24,000 bases of DNA from Bacillota bacterium (GCA_036804525.1 DAIRSE010000016.1:5661-29660), one strand, 5' to 3'; counted from the first letter of the stretch, positions 8,443-17,651 are shown. A program made the numbers and translations. Notes: generated from the letters alone by a model not told the origin.

Positions 8443-9210
8443 CTAGGCGAAACTCTCAACAAGCGACTTGACCACCAGGTACCAGCCGTCGACCAGCACA
8501 AAGAGCAATATCTTAAAAGGAAGGGACATCATCACCGGCGGTACCATAAACATGCCGAGCGACATCAGGATGCTGGCCACCACCATATCGATCACCAGGA
8601 AGGGCAGGTACAGCAAGAAGCCCATTTGAAAGGCCGTCCTCAGCTCACTGGTGACGAAGGCCGGGGCAACGACCGTCAAGGGCAGGCTTTTCTTGTCCGG
8701 GTTCTCGATCTTGGCCATTCGTACAAATAACTCAAGGTCCTTGTCCCTTGTCTGTTTCAGCATGAACTCCCGCAGGGGAGCCGCCGCCCTTTCCTGCGCG
8801 GTTTCGAGCGTAATCCGGTTATCGACGAAAGGCTTAAGAGCCTGGTCGTTAATCTGGTTGTATACGGGAGCCATAATAAAGAAGGTGAGGAACAGGGCCA
8901 GTCCCACCAGCACCATGTTGGGCGGGGCCTGTTGGGCTCCCAGCGCCGTACGGAGAAACGATAAAACAATCACGATTCGCGTAAAGGAAGTGACCATCAC
9001 CAGGAAAGCCGGCAGCAGGGACAGGACGGTCAGGAAAATAAAAATCTGGACGGTCTTGACCATCTCGGCAGGCGACCCGGGCTGACTGACGTTGATATTG
9101 ACCCCCGGAGCCGGCGTCAGCGCGTCGGGAGGTGCCGCCATCGCCGGCCGGACGGCCACGAAAACAGCTATCACCAATGTCAGGACAACGGCTTGACTTA
9201 ACCTACTCAC
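8443..9210 (-). CDS. fliP: flagellar export apparatus protein FliP
   Basis: Conserved FliP core (FTRIVIVLSFLRTALG..., LPFKILLFVLVDGW) with a signal-like N-terminus. I place the start at GTG 9210 (GGGGAGG, then 7 nt), overlapping the fliO stop as GTGAGTAG. The ORF-track start at 9324 would lie inside fliO. Confidence 0.92.
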   Translation of the reverse strand: MSRLSQAVVLTLVIAVFVAVRPAMAAPPDALTPAPGVNINVSQPGSPAEMVKTVQIFIFLTVLSLLPAFLVMVTSFTRIVIVLSFLRTALGAQQAPPNMVLVGLALFLTFFIMAPVYNQINDQALKPFVDNRITLETAQERAAAPLREFMLKQTRDKDLELFVRMAKIENPDKKSLPLTVVAPAFVTSELRTAFQMGFLLYLPFLVIDMVVASILMSLGMFMVPPVMMSLPFKILLFVLVDGWYLVVKSLVESFA

Positions 9211-9592
9211 CCGGCGGCCTCCCCTGTCCCTTGCCGAATCTCTCCCCGGTTTGACGCAAAAAGTTGAGAAACGACTTGACTGCCGGCGGTTGGGGGAGCC
9301 CCGCTTGAATGGGGGTCCACTCAAAGGCTTCCGGCAGGTCCTGAAATTCCTTCAACAGGGTGGTGCCATCCTCGCCGTGACCCAGCAAATAATACACGTC
9401 ACCTACCCTGACCAGGCTGATGCGGGACTTGCCTCCTAAGGGAAGCTGCTCGACAACCTGCATCCGGCGCCTGCCCGTCCATGCCGCCGGCCCGGTCACG
9501 GCCAAGAAACGGAAGCAAATATAGATCAGCAGAACAGTCAACGGGAGAGCGACAACCAGCCTCAATACGGCGCCAAGCAAATCCGTCGTCAT
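9203..9592 (-). CDS. fliO: flagellar biosynthesis protein FliO (FliZ of Bacillus)
   Basis: 129 aa with a single N-terminal TM helix, then a segment of the type VVEQLPLGGKSRISLVRVGDVYYLLG. Positioned immediately upstream of fliP, and its start overlaps the fliN stop. Confidence 0.75.
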   Translation of the reverse strand: MTTDLLGAVLRLVVALPLTVLLIYICFRFLAVTGPAAWTGRRRMQVVEQLPLGGKSRISLVRVGDVYYLLGHGEDGTTLLKEFQDLPEAFEWTPIQAGLPQPPAVKSFLNFLRQTGERFGKGQGRPPGE

Positions 9593-9987
9593 TTTTTTAC
9601 TCCTTGGGCCTGGTAAGCTCTCGGGGTCAGTATCGCGTGAATGCGCACGGCGAAAGAGTCGTCGAGAACGATGACTTCCCCCTTGGCAAACCGCTGGTCG
9701 TTGATGTAGACGCTGACCGCCTCTCCGACCGCCTTGTCAAGCTCGATCACCGAACCTTCCTGAAGCTGAAGCAGTTCACCGGCGCGGATGGTCTTCTGGC
9801 CCAGCTCCACCCAGAGGCTCAGCTTCACGTCTTCCAGGTAGCGGAGACTGTTCTTGATTTTTGCCGCCGGTGGCTGGCCGTCCAGTTTGGGGAAACTCAC
9901 CTTGTGAACTGTTGTCCGCTCATCACTGAGCGCCGAAAGAAAGGCACTGATTTCACTCTTCCGCAGCACTGATCCCCCCGTTCCCAA
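9589..9987 (-). CDS. fliN: flagellar motor switch protein FliN (SpoA domain)
   Basis: C-terminal FliN/SpoA signature: VELGQKTIRAGELLQLQEGSVIELDKAVGEAVSVYINDQRFAKGEVIVLDDSFAVRI. The start is uncertain: TTG 9987 has no SD, while GTG 9969 follows GGGGGGA. Confidence 0.85.
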   Translation of the reverse strand: MGTGGSVLRKSEISAFLSALSDERTTVHKVSFPKLDGQPPAAKIKNSLRYLEDVKLSLWVELGQKTIRAGELLQLQEGSVIELDKAVGEAVSVYINDQRFAKGEVIVLDDSFAVRIHAILTPRAYQAQGVKK

Positions 9988-9990
9988 CCG

Positions 9991-10485
9991 TTATTGAACG
10001 AGGAACTCGACAATATAGATCTCCTTGGCCTTAAACCCGTGCAGTTCGCCGTTCACCTGGTCCAGCAGTTCCTGCCGCAGCTCGTCGGTCTTGTCCACGG
10101 CCAGGACTTCAGCCGCCGTTTTACTGCGCAGGGTATTGATGATGCGGTCCTTGATCTGCGCGTCCTTCTCGTGGACCTCCTCGGCCTTCTTCTCCGGAAC
10201 CGAGATCGCCAGTCCGATCTTGAGATAGCGCGCGGCCTGGGCATCGGCGAGGTTAACAACGATGGTGCCGAGTTCGACGAGTTTGAGTTTCTCTTCTTTC
10301 TCTTTCTTAGGCAGCTTGAAACCTACTTTCTCCTGCAGGGCGGGAGAAGATTTGTAGAAGGCGGCGGCGATACCGCCGCCTGCTACGAGTAACACTGCCA
10401 TTATTAAAGCAATGAGTTTCACGGGCAGGCGGCGCTTGGGCGCCGGGGCCGCCTGCTGCTCCTTGACTTCATCGGGACCGGGCAT
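9991..10485 (-). CDS. fliL: flagellar basal-body-associated protein FliL
   Basis: Single TM helix (LIALIMAVLLVAGGGIAAAF) and a FliL periplasmic-type domain (VNLADAQAARYLKIGLAISV). Start placed at ATG 10485, 8 nt after AAGGAG. Confidence 0.85.
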   Translation of the reverse strand: MPGPDEVKEQQAAPAPKRRLPVKLIALIMAVLLVAGGGIAAAFYKSSPALQEKVGFKLPKKEKEEKLKLVELGTIVVNLADAQAARYLKIGLAISVPEKKAEEVHEKDAQIKDRIINTLRSKTAAEVLAVDKTDELRQELLDQVNGELHGFKAKEIYIVEFLVQ

Positions 10486-10509
10486 CAGCAAGACTCCTTA
10501 TAACGAAAC

Positions 10510-11421
10510 TTACCGCTTGATATCGATCAGCTCGCGCAGCATGTCGTCCGATACGGTGATGACCCGGGCACTGGCCTGGTAGCCGCGCTGCGTGATGATC
10601 ATGTTGGAGAATTCGGTAGAAAGGTCGACGTTGGACATCTCCAGGTTGCCGGAGAGGGCCTTGCCCCGGCCGCCCGACTCGGGCGCGCCCCACCCTGTAC
10701 TGGTCGGAGTACCGCTGTCATCAAGGGGAACCTCAAGAAGGTTGAATCCCAGCTTCATCAGGTTTTCGGGGTTGGGATAGTTGTCCAGACCGATCGTACC
10801 GATGTAACCGCTTGACCGGGCCCCGGTGTCGTCATAGACAGTTACCCAGACGCCGCCGTCACTGGTGACGCGGATGGTCTCCAACCCGTGCGTGGCAGGA
10901 TCATAAAGACGAATGGGACTGCGGACCGTATCGTCGAACGCCTGAAGGTTTGGACTGATGTCCTGAGTATTCCCCAAAACGTAATGCCCGGACGAGTTGA
11001 CCAGATAACCCTCTTCGTTTACGTAAAAGGCCCCGTCCCTGGTGTAGTAGTATTTCGAAGGCTCGCCGCTGAGATCGACTGTTCCGTCATCACCCGGAGT
11101 ATACGCTCCCAAAAGGAAGAGACCGTTACCGTCAACGGCCATATCCAGGACGCGGTTGGTGGCCATCAGCGACCCCTGGCCGAACAGGCAGTCGATGGCC
11201 GAAACCGCTACCCCCAGACCGACCTGGGCGGGGTTGATGGAGTTGACCCCGATCTGGGAGGTCGAATTACCGCGGATGTTCTGGCTTAACAGCTCGGTGA
11301 AAAGCACACGCCCGCTTTTGAACGAAGTAGTGTTGACGTTGGCGATGTTGTTGGCGATGACGTCCATGCGGACCTGCTGGCTCTTTAATCCAGCCACGCC
11401 TGACATCAGAGAACGAATCAC
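10510..11421 (-). CDS. flgE: flagellar hook protein FlgE (short Firmicute type)
   Basis: 303 aa. N-terminal rod/hook motif (MDVIANNIANVNTTSFK) and C-terminal flagellar basal-body rod-protein-type segment (LEMSNVDLSTEFSNMIITQRGYQASARVI). GTG start lies 8 nt after AAGGAGGG. Confidence 0.85.
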   Translation of the reverse strand: MIRSLMSGVAGLKSQQVRMDVIANNIANVNTTSFKSGRVLFTELLSQNIRGNSTSQIGVNSINPAQVGLGVAVSAIDCLFGQGSLMATNRVLDMAVDGNGLFLLGAYTPGDDGTVDLSGEPSKYYYTRDGAFYVNEEGYLVNSSGHYVLGNTQDISPNLQAFDDTVRSPIRLYDPATHGLETIRVTSDGGVWVTVYDDTGARSSGYIGTIGLDNYPNPENLMKLGFNLLEVPLDDSGTPTSTGWGAPESGGRGKALSGNLEMSNVDLSTEFSNMIITQRGYQASARVITVSDDMLRELIDIKR

Positions 11422-11446
11422 GCTGATTACCCTCCTTAGGATGTGT

Positions 11447-11496
11447 GGGCTGCTTCAGTCGGTCCGCAGCCCGCAGCCTCCTTTCGGGCCGGCTGC
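11447..11496 (-). other. two adjacent GC-rich hairpins in the spacer preceding flgE
   Basis: On the minus RNA, hairpin 1 is GCAGCC-(12 nt)-GGCUGC (11496 down to 11473). Hairpin 2 is GGGCUGC-(12 nt)-GCAGCCC (11472 down to 11447). The arms are interchangeable, so alternative pairings are possible. They lie directly upstream of the flgE SD. Confidence 0.4.
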
Positions 11497-11865
11497 CTAC
11501 TTGACCAATACCGCACTGTCGATGTTGGTGAAGACCTGGTTCTGCGGGCTGTCGTTAACAACAGCCGTAACGATGACCCCGTTAGCCACGCTGGTTACCA
11601 GGGCCATATTCTTATACAGGATCAGCGACTCTCTGGCCCCTTTAAGACGGGCCTCAGCCGCGGCGCTGCTGATCTTTTGCAAGTCGGCCGGTGAAAGAAC
11701 GATGTTCCTTTCACTGAGACGGCGACTGGCATGCGCCGAAAGCTTGACCTGCTGCCCAAATTCGCGGGCCAGGAGCTCGGCGAAAGCACCGGTGTTCTTA
11801 ACCTGTCCCCGTCCTGCCGGTGACGGCCCGATTGGCGGCGTGCCGCCTATCCGATTTACCACCAT
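11497..11865 (-). CDS. conserved Firmicute flagellar-operon protein of unknown function (flg_new type, TIGR02530 as I recall)
   Basis: 122-aa ORF sitting exactly between flgD and flgE. It contains the SAHASRRLSERNI motif that I associate with this family. Family assignment is from memory and has not been searched. Confidence 0.7.
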   Translation of the reverse strand: MVVNRIGGTPPIGPSPAGRGQVKNTGAFAELLAREFGQQVKLSAHASRRLSERNIVLSPADLQKISSAAAEARLKGARESLILYKNMALVTSVANGVIVTAVVNDSPQNQVFTNIDSAVLVK

Positions 11866-11882
11866 CTGGATGCCCCGCCTCC

Positions 11883-12353
11883 TTAAGCTGCTCCCTCAGA
11901 ACTGCTGCCCGCGGTGTCGGTGACAGGTTCCCCGGCGAAAGACGTCTGTTTCGCCGCCGCCTTGATTTCCACAACCCGGGCCAGACTGTACGACCGGCCG
12001 TCAATGATGATGAGCGGGCCTTCGCTGTTGAATGTTACCTTCTCAACGACTCCGGTTACTTCGCCGGACTCGGTCTTGAGGACGACTTCCTTGCCGAGCA
12101 GGTCTAGGGCCTCGCGTACCCGGGTCGCTTTACCCATCTGCTCCAGGACCTGTTCGACGGCGAAGAGTCTCTCCAGCATCCCGAACTGGACCATCTGCTG
12201 TATCTGACTGGTCATATCCTGCGGCTCAAAGGGATTGGGGTTTTTTAGCTGTGCCACAAGGACCTTGAGAAACGTATCCTTCGTAAAAGTGTTGCGGTCA
12301 GTTGTTTGCGTTTTTTGCGTTTGTGTAACCGAACCGATGCCGTCTACGGCCAC
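11883..12353 (-). CDS. flgD: flagellar hook capping/assembly protein FlgD
   Basis: FlgD N-terminal motif (FLKVLVAQLKNPNPFEPQD). Start probably GTG 12353, 7 nt after GGAGG. The ORF-track GTG 12362 directly abuts the SD. Confidence 0.88.
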   Translation of the reverse strand: MAVDGIGSVTQTQKTQTTDRNTFTKDTFLKVLVAQLKNPNPFEPQDMTSQIQQMVQFGMLERLFAVEQVLEQMGKATRVREALDLLGKEVVLKTESGEVTGVVEKVTFNSEGPLIIIDGRSYSLARVVEIKAAAKQTSFAGEPVTDTAGSSSEGAA

Positions 12354-12373
12354 CGGCTCCACCTCCTTAATCG

Positions 12374-14236
12374 TTACGCCAGCAGGTTGATCCCCGGCCG
12401 CATGCCGCTCAGGTGTTCCCCCGCGCCTTCAGACAGCGCCTCGGCAGCCGGCGTATCCGTCACCCGGCGGACCAAAACCCCGTCTGCGGGTGTCCCCTGG
12501 TGTTCGCCGTCCGCTCCAAGGTAAACATCCCCGCCCGAGAGATGGATGTCAAAGCGCATCAGGTTATCCCTAAGCAAGGGCAGCGCCTGCTGCACAGCTT
12601 CCCTCACACCGTGGTCAGCGGCAAAGAACTTGACATCCACGTCCTGAGCCGAAGAATAGACAATCTTTACCCTGACACTTCCCAGGTGGGGCGGGTCCAG
12701 CCGGATCTCCAGCACGGCCTTCCCGTCAGGCAACCACCTGGCCTTTTTAATTGCTTCGGCCACCTTTTCGGCCAGCTGACTGCCGAATGTTTGTACGTCC
12801 GGGGCGCCATCGGGGACGACAGCCTTGAAGACGGCCTTAACCGGCGCATCCAGGGTATTGACGGTTGCCGTAAAAACCGGCACGCCGGGTCGGTCAACCC
12901 CGCCATCCTGCACCGGCCCTTCCAGCCTGGTTTCCAGGATCGCCGCTTGCCCGCGGTTCCCCGTGTTTTGGATGTCTCTCCCGGCCGTCAACGGAAATTC
13001 CGCACCGTTGCGCCTTAAATCGCCTGACCTCGTTCCGTCGGATATGTCCGCGCCCCTCAAGATGATCGTCCCTGCGTTCTGCCTGTCCCCATCATTGGGA
13101 CGCTCAGCGCCGGCAGGCGAATCGGCATCCGCAGCTCCTAACAGCGAAAGCGCCGGAGACTTAGGCGGAATAATTGTCGGACCCGACATACCCGGGCCGG
13201 GAGCAACCGGATTCTTCCCGTCACCCGTCTCAAAGCCCTGCCTGCCTGTAACAGGGGATTTTACAACCGCCGTTTCATCCGGGACATTCTCCGGCGGTAT
13301 TTCGGGCAAGGACAGAACCAGGCCCGAATCCCGACTTGGGTCAACCGCCGACAAAGGTGTGAGGGCCGGCGACCTGGCAACAGCCTTAGATGGTACCTGT
13401 ACGACGTTGCGCACTGTTGCAAGCTGACCGCGCAAGGACGGAGGCAGCATCCTCGGCTCGCCAGGGCTGCCGAACGGTACTCCCGTAGCAAGCTGTTCCA
13501 CTACGGGGTTCCCGGCTGGTAATGTCTCTTCCGGGCCGTTCTTTAATCCGGCAGGCGCTTCAGCACCGGCCGCCGCAAGCAGCTGGTCCAGCCGCGGTTC
13601 AGCAACACCGGCGTCTGCCATAGCCTCAAACCCGACGTCCCAACCGGCACTCGGAGGTGACATGCTTCCGTCCGGCGCGCCGGCCAAAGCATCTGAATGC
13701 GGGGGATTACTGTTAACAGGCAGCGGCGCCAAGTCCGGCACATCAACGTCGTGCAGCGCGTGTTTCAATTCCTCAACCGGTTCACTGCCGCCGTCTCCGG
13801 ACTCGCCGGGGACCTGTGTTTCCTGAAAGACAAAGGCTGGCACGCCAAGACCGGCATGCGCGCACCGGCCGGCGGGCGTCCGAAACCAGACGGGGCCGGG
13901 GGGCGGATCAAAGGCTGCAGGCAGCGGTGCTTCAGCAGGGTATGCGTTTCCCATGCCGGACATTGATTCGGCTTCAAGCGATACCCTTACAGAGGCTGCC
14001 GCTCTTGCCGGGAACACCTCAACATTCTCTTCCGTTCCCGGACAATCTGCTCTGCCGGAGGGCGCTGCTCCTATTGGAAGCGCCGCGACCGCCGACGGGT
14101 GACCGGCAGCCGGCAGCCCTGCTCCCAGGACATCCAGCAGTCCCTGAAGAAAGCACGGCCCCGTGTTTTGGCCGCTGAAGCCGAGTTGCTGTAACTGGAC
14201 CATAATATTCGGCGTTAAAGCCAAACCCGGTAACAA
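12374..14236 (-). CDS. fliK: flagellar hook-length control protein FliK
   Basis: 620 aa with a long Pro/Ala/Gly-rich, low-complexity central region. C-terminal Flg_hook domain present (LEIRLDPPHLGSVRVKIVYSSAQDVDVKFFAADHGVREAVQQALPLLRDNL). TTG start lies 7 nt after AAAGGAGGG. Confidence 0.85.
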   Translation of the reverse strand: MLPGLALTPNIMVQLQQLGFSGQNTGPCFLQGLLDVLGAGLPAAGHPSAVAALPIGAAPSGRADCPGTEENVEVFPARAAASVRVSLEAESMSGMGNAYPAEAPLPAAFDPPPGPVWFRTPAGRCAHAGLGVPAFVFQETQVPGESGDGGSEPVEELKHALHDVDVPDLAPLPVNSNPPHSDALAGAPDGSMSPPSAGWDVGFEAMADAGVAEPRLDQLLAAAGAEAPAGLKNGPEETLPAGNPVVEQLATGVPFGSPGEPRMLPPSLRGQLATVRNVVQVPSKAVARSPALTPLSAVDPSRDSGLVLSLPEIPPENVPDETAVVKSPVTGRQGFETGDGKNPVAPGPGMSGPTIIPPKSPALSLLGAADADSPAGAERPNDGDRQNAGTIILRGADISDGTRSGDLRRNGAEFPLTAGRDIQNTGNRGQAAILETRLEGPVQDGGVDRPGVPVFTATVNTLDAPVKAVFKAVVPDGAPDVQTFGSQLAEKVAEAIKKARWLPDGKAVLEIRLDPPHLGSVRVKIVYSSAQDVDVKFFAADHGVREAVQQALPLLRDNLMRFDIHLSGGDVYLGADGEHQGTPADGVLVRRVTDTPAAEALSEGAGEHLSGMRPGINLLA

Positions 14237-14237
14237 C

Positions 14238-14678
14238 CTATATCCCTCCTTTCTTTATGGAATACGAGATCGTAGCCAAGGCATCCATTTCCCGGTTTGT
14301 CTTCCGCGTCACCTCTCTTTCAAAAGCATTCTGCTGCTTTTGCTTTAACGACTCCAGAACCAGGCGTTCCTTCATCACCGCGAAAGCCTCGCTGCGTTTG
14401 CTGTCAGCCTCCTGCAGGCTTTCCCGTAGTTCACGTTCGGCCTGGGAAATGCGCGCGTCAAGCAGGTTGCGGTAGGCCTCGAAATCAACCATAGCCACGA
14501 TGTCGGACAGGTTGACACCGGACTCCTGAACGTTCGCCAGCATTTCCTTGAGTTTTGCCAGGTTCTCGCGGCAGGCTTGGAGAGCGGCATCGGCCGCCGC
14601 CAGCTCCTGCAGCACGGCCTGTTCCTTAGCCGACTTGACTTGGAGCACCGGTTCCAGGCTGAAAGCAAACTTGGACAT
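14238..14678 (-). CDS. fliJ: flagellar export chaperone FliJ
   Basis: 146 aa, all-helical coiled-coil composition, positioned directly after fliI. Its start overlaps the fliI stop. Confidence 0.8.
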   Translation of the reverse strand: MSKFAFSLEPVLQVKSAKEQAVLQELAAADAALQACRENLAKLKEMLANVQESGVNLSDIVAMVDFEAYRNLLDARISQAERELRESLQEADSKRSEAFAVMKERLVLESLKQKQQNAFEREVTRKTNREMDALATISYSIKKGGI

Positions 14679-16006
14679 CAGTCAGCATCGCCTCCAAGGA
14701 TTTGTCTCAGCATGGACAGCGTGGTTTCGAACTCGCAGTATTCACTTTGGTCCTGCTGAAGAAACTTTATCAGTTCGGGGTATACGGCAAGGGCCTGGTC
14801 GACAAGCGGGTCCGAACCCTTAACGTAGGCCCCGATGTTAATCAAGTCTTCTGCTTTACGATACGCCCCCAGCAGCCGCTTGGCCTTCTGGGCCAGCCTG
14901 ACGTGTTCCTCGCCGGTCACGTCGGGCATCAACCGGCTGTTGCTCTGGAGGATGTCGATCGCCGGGTAGTACCCTGTCCCCGCCAGTTCTCTGGAAAGGA
15001 TGATGTGCCCGTCGAGGATGCCCCGTACCGCATCGGCAATGGGTTCCTGCATATCGTCCCCTTCCACCAGCACGCTGTAGAAACCGGTGATCGTACCCCT
15101 GGCGTTGGTCCCGGACCGTTCCAGCAGCTTCGGCAGGGCCGCGAACACCGAAGGCGTGTAACCCCTGGTCGTCGGCGGTTCGCCGATGGCCAGGCCGATC
15201 TCTCTCTGGGCGAGGGCAAAACGCGTCACCGAGTCCATCAGGAACATAACGTTGTGTCCCCTGTCGCGAAAGTATTCCGCGATGGCCGTGGCCACGGCGG
15301 CGGCGCGCACCCGCACCAAAGCCGACTGGTCAGAGGTAGCCACGACGACGACCGACTTGGCCAGGCTGTTGCCGAGGTGGCGTTCCAGGAAGTCCCGGAC
15401 CTCGCGGCCGCGCTCCCCGATCAGGGCTACAACGTTGACGTCCGACGCGCAGTAGCGGCAGAGCATGCCCAGCAAAACGCTTTTCCCCACCCCGCTCCCG
15501 GCAAAAATCCCCAGCCTCTGCCCCCTGCCGCAGGTAAGGAGAGCGTCGACAGCCCGGATGCCGGTCGGCAGGGGTTCCCTGATGCGCGGCCTCTCTAGAG
15601 GATTGGGAGGATTGTTGTCCACCGGGAACGGCTCCCCTTCGACGTGCTTGCCGCTGAAGGGCCGGCCCAGACCGTCGAGGACCTCGCCCAGTAAGGCCTC
15701 CCCGATCATGATCGTCAGCCGGCGCCCGGCGGGCGTCACCAAGCAGCCCGGGTGCACACCCTTTAAATCACCGAGAGGCATAAGGAGCGACACCTTGTCA
15801 CGGAACCCTACCACCTCGGCCTTAACCGGCAAAGGCTCGCGGGGGACAATGATATCGCAGACCTCGCCTATCGGCACGCTCAAGCCCACAACCTCCACAG
15901 TAAGGCCCACAACCTTGCTCACTTTGCCGCTGACCCTGAGGACCGGGGCATGCTGTATATTCTCCACCCAGTGATTGAGGTCAATGTTCGCTGCACCGCG
16001 CGCCAT
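14678..16006 (-). CDS. fliI: flagellum-specific ATPase FliI
   Basis: 442 aa. Walker A is GSGVGKS and Walker B is VMFLMDSVTR. F1/T3SS ATPase architecture. Confidence 0.96.
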   Translation of the reverse strand: MARGAANIDLNHWVENIQHAPVLRVSGKVSKVVGLTVEVVGLSVPIGEVCDIIVPREPLPVKAEVVGFRDKVSLLMPLGDLKGVHPGCLVTPAGRRLTIMIGEALLGEVLDGLGRPFSGKHVEGEPFPVDNNPPNPLERPRIREPLPTGIRAVDALLTCGRGQRLGIFAGSGVGKSVLLGMLCRYCASDVNVVALIGERGREVRDFLERHLGNSLAKSVVVVATSDQSALVRVRAAAVATAIAEYFRDRGHNVMFLMDSVTRFALAQREIGLAIGEPPTTRGYTPSVFAALPKLLERSGTNARGTITGFYSVLVEGDDMQEPIADAVRGILDGHIILSRELAGTGYYPAIDILQSNSRLMPDVTGEEHVRLAQKAKRLLGAYRKAEDLINIGAYVKGSDPLVDQALAVYPELIKFLQQDQSEYCEFETTLSMLRQILGGDAD

Positions 16007-16009
16007 CGC

Positions 16010-16651
16010 CTAACCCAACCTTAATGCTTTGCGGATGCCTTCCCAGCGCACATCCCAGGAGGCATCGACCAGGCCGTCATCGGTATCGATCTTGCAAGCC
16101 CCGCGCGGCAGGGTAGCATCTTCGACAACAGTCACTTCGCTGCCGGGAACCGCTTCCAGCAGAGCGTTGAGGTTTTCCCGCATCACGCCTGCGTCTTCCG
16201 GGCTGGCCAGAATAGTGATCCGGGGTCTTCCGCGCACTACAGCCAAGGCCTCTTTAGCAATGGCGACAACGGTCTCTTCCTTGAGAGCAAGCTGTTCGGC
16301 GACCAGTCTTTCGGCAATGGCGCAGGCCAGGTTTAACAGTTGGGGCTCGAGGTCGGCCAGAGTCTGCCGGTAGATCTCCCGTGCCTGCTGGAGGACGCCT
16401 AAAGCCTGACGCCGGATTTCAGCGGCTTCCTGCTTCGCCCTGTCCATACCCTCGCGGTAGCCTTCCTGAAAGCCCTGTTCCCGCGCCTTCAGGCGCAGCT
16501 GCTCGCATTCGGTCTCCAGCTCCCTGCGTAAAGCCGCCTCGTCACATACGGGGCGAATCAAGGCCGTGGGCGAAAGGGTTCTCAGGGGCAGCGAGACTTT
16601 GCTCCTGTCTTCAAGGAGGGGCCCTTTCAGAATGCGCCGGCTAGATAACAA
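16010..16651 (-). CDS. fliH: flagellar assembly protein FliH
   Basis: 213 aa with a Glu/Arg/Ala-rich coiled coil followed by a FliH-type C-terminal domain. Positioned between fliG and fliI. Confidence 0.85.
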   Translation of the reverse strand: MLSSRRILKGPLLEDRSKVSLPLRTLSPTALIRPVCDEAALRRELETECEQLRLKAREQGFQEGYREGMDRAKQEAAEIRRQALGVLQQAREIYRQTLADLEPQLLNLACAIAERLVAEQLALKEETVVAIAKEALAVVRGRPRITILASPEDAGVMRENLNALLEAVPGSEVTVVEDATLPRGACKIDTDDGLVDASWDVRWEGIRKALRLG

Positions 16652-17648
16652 GGGCGTCTTCTCCTCCTCTTGAAATAACGATCTCGCCGGCCTCGTCCAG
16701 CGAGCGGATGATCTTGACTATGCGCTGCTGGGCTTCCTCAACTTCGCGCAGGCGCACCGGGCCCATGAATTCGATCTCTTCTTTGAGCATCTGGGCCGCC
16801 CGTTGGGACTGGTTCTTGTAAATCCGTTCCCGAACATTCTCGTTGGCGCCGCGCAAGGCCAAGGCCAGTACCTTGTTGTCGACTTCCCGCAGGACACGCT
16901 GGATCGAGATATCGTCCAGGGTCACGATGTCTTCAAAGATAAACATCTGCTGGCGGACTTCCTCGGCCAGAGACGGATCGTCGTACTCCAGTTCTTCCAG
17001 GATCTTCTTTTCGGTCGCGCGGTCGGCCTGGTTGAGGATCTTGACCAGCGCCTGCACGCCGCCTACCGTGTAACTCTCCTGCTGGACGAGAGCGGCCATC
17101 TTGCGTTCCAGGATCTTCTCCACGTCCTGAACGACTTCGGGAGAAGTTTTGTCCATCAGTGCTATACGCCGGGCGACCTCGGCCCGGATTTCCTGGGGCA
17201 GCATCGCCAGGCAGGCCGAGGCCTGATTGGGCTCCAGGTAGGCGAGGATCATGGCGATGGTCTGCGGATGCTCGTCCCGGATGAAGTTGGCCAGATACCT
17301 GGGCTCCGTCTTGCGCAAAGCGCTGAAGGGCAAGATCTTGGACGTGCTGGTCAGCTTCTTGATGATCTCGGCCGCCCTGTTCGGCCCGACCGTTTTTTCC
17401 AGGATCTCCTTGGCGTATTTGATGCCTCCCTGAAGGATGTACTGCTTGGCCTGGTAGAGATCTTCAAACTCGGTCAGGATGCTGTCGCGCGTCTCCGGGG
17501 AGACTCTCCCCAAGTTGCTGATGGTATAGGTGATCTTCTCGATATCTTCGTCGTAAAAGTTCTGGCGCAGGACCTGGGACGACAGGTCGGCGCCCAGAGC
17601 CAAAAGAAGCACGGCCGCTTTTTCCACACCGCTTAGTGACCTTGCCAT
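16641..17648 (-). CDS. fliG: flagellar motor switch protein FliG
   Basis: 335 aa. N-terminus is GVEKAAVLLLALG and the conserved MFxF motif is present (QQMFIFEDI). C-terminal torque-helix region present. Confidence 0.95.
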   Translation of the reverse strand: MARSLSGVEKAAVLLLALGADLSSQVLRQNFYDEDIEKITYTISNLGRVSPETRDSILTEFEDLYQAKQYILQGGIKYAKEILEKTVGPNRAAEIIKKLTSTSKILPFSALRKTEPRYLANFIRDEHPQTIAMILAYLEPNQASACLAMLPQEIRAEVARRIALMDKTSPEVVQDVEKILERKMAALVQQESYTVGGVQALVKILNQADRATEKKILEELEYDDPSLAEEVRQQMFIFEDIVTLDDISIQRVLREVDNKVLALALRGANENVRERIYKNQSQRAAQMLKEEIEFMGPVRLREVEEAQQRIVKIIRSLDEAGEIVISRGGEDALVI

Positions 17649-17651
17649 CGG

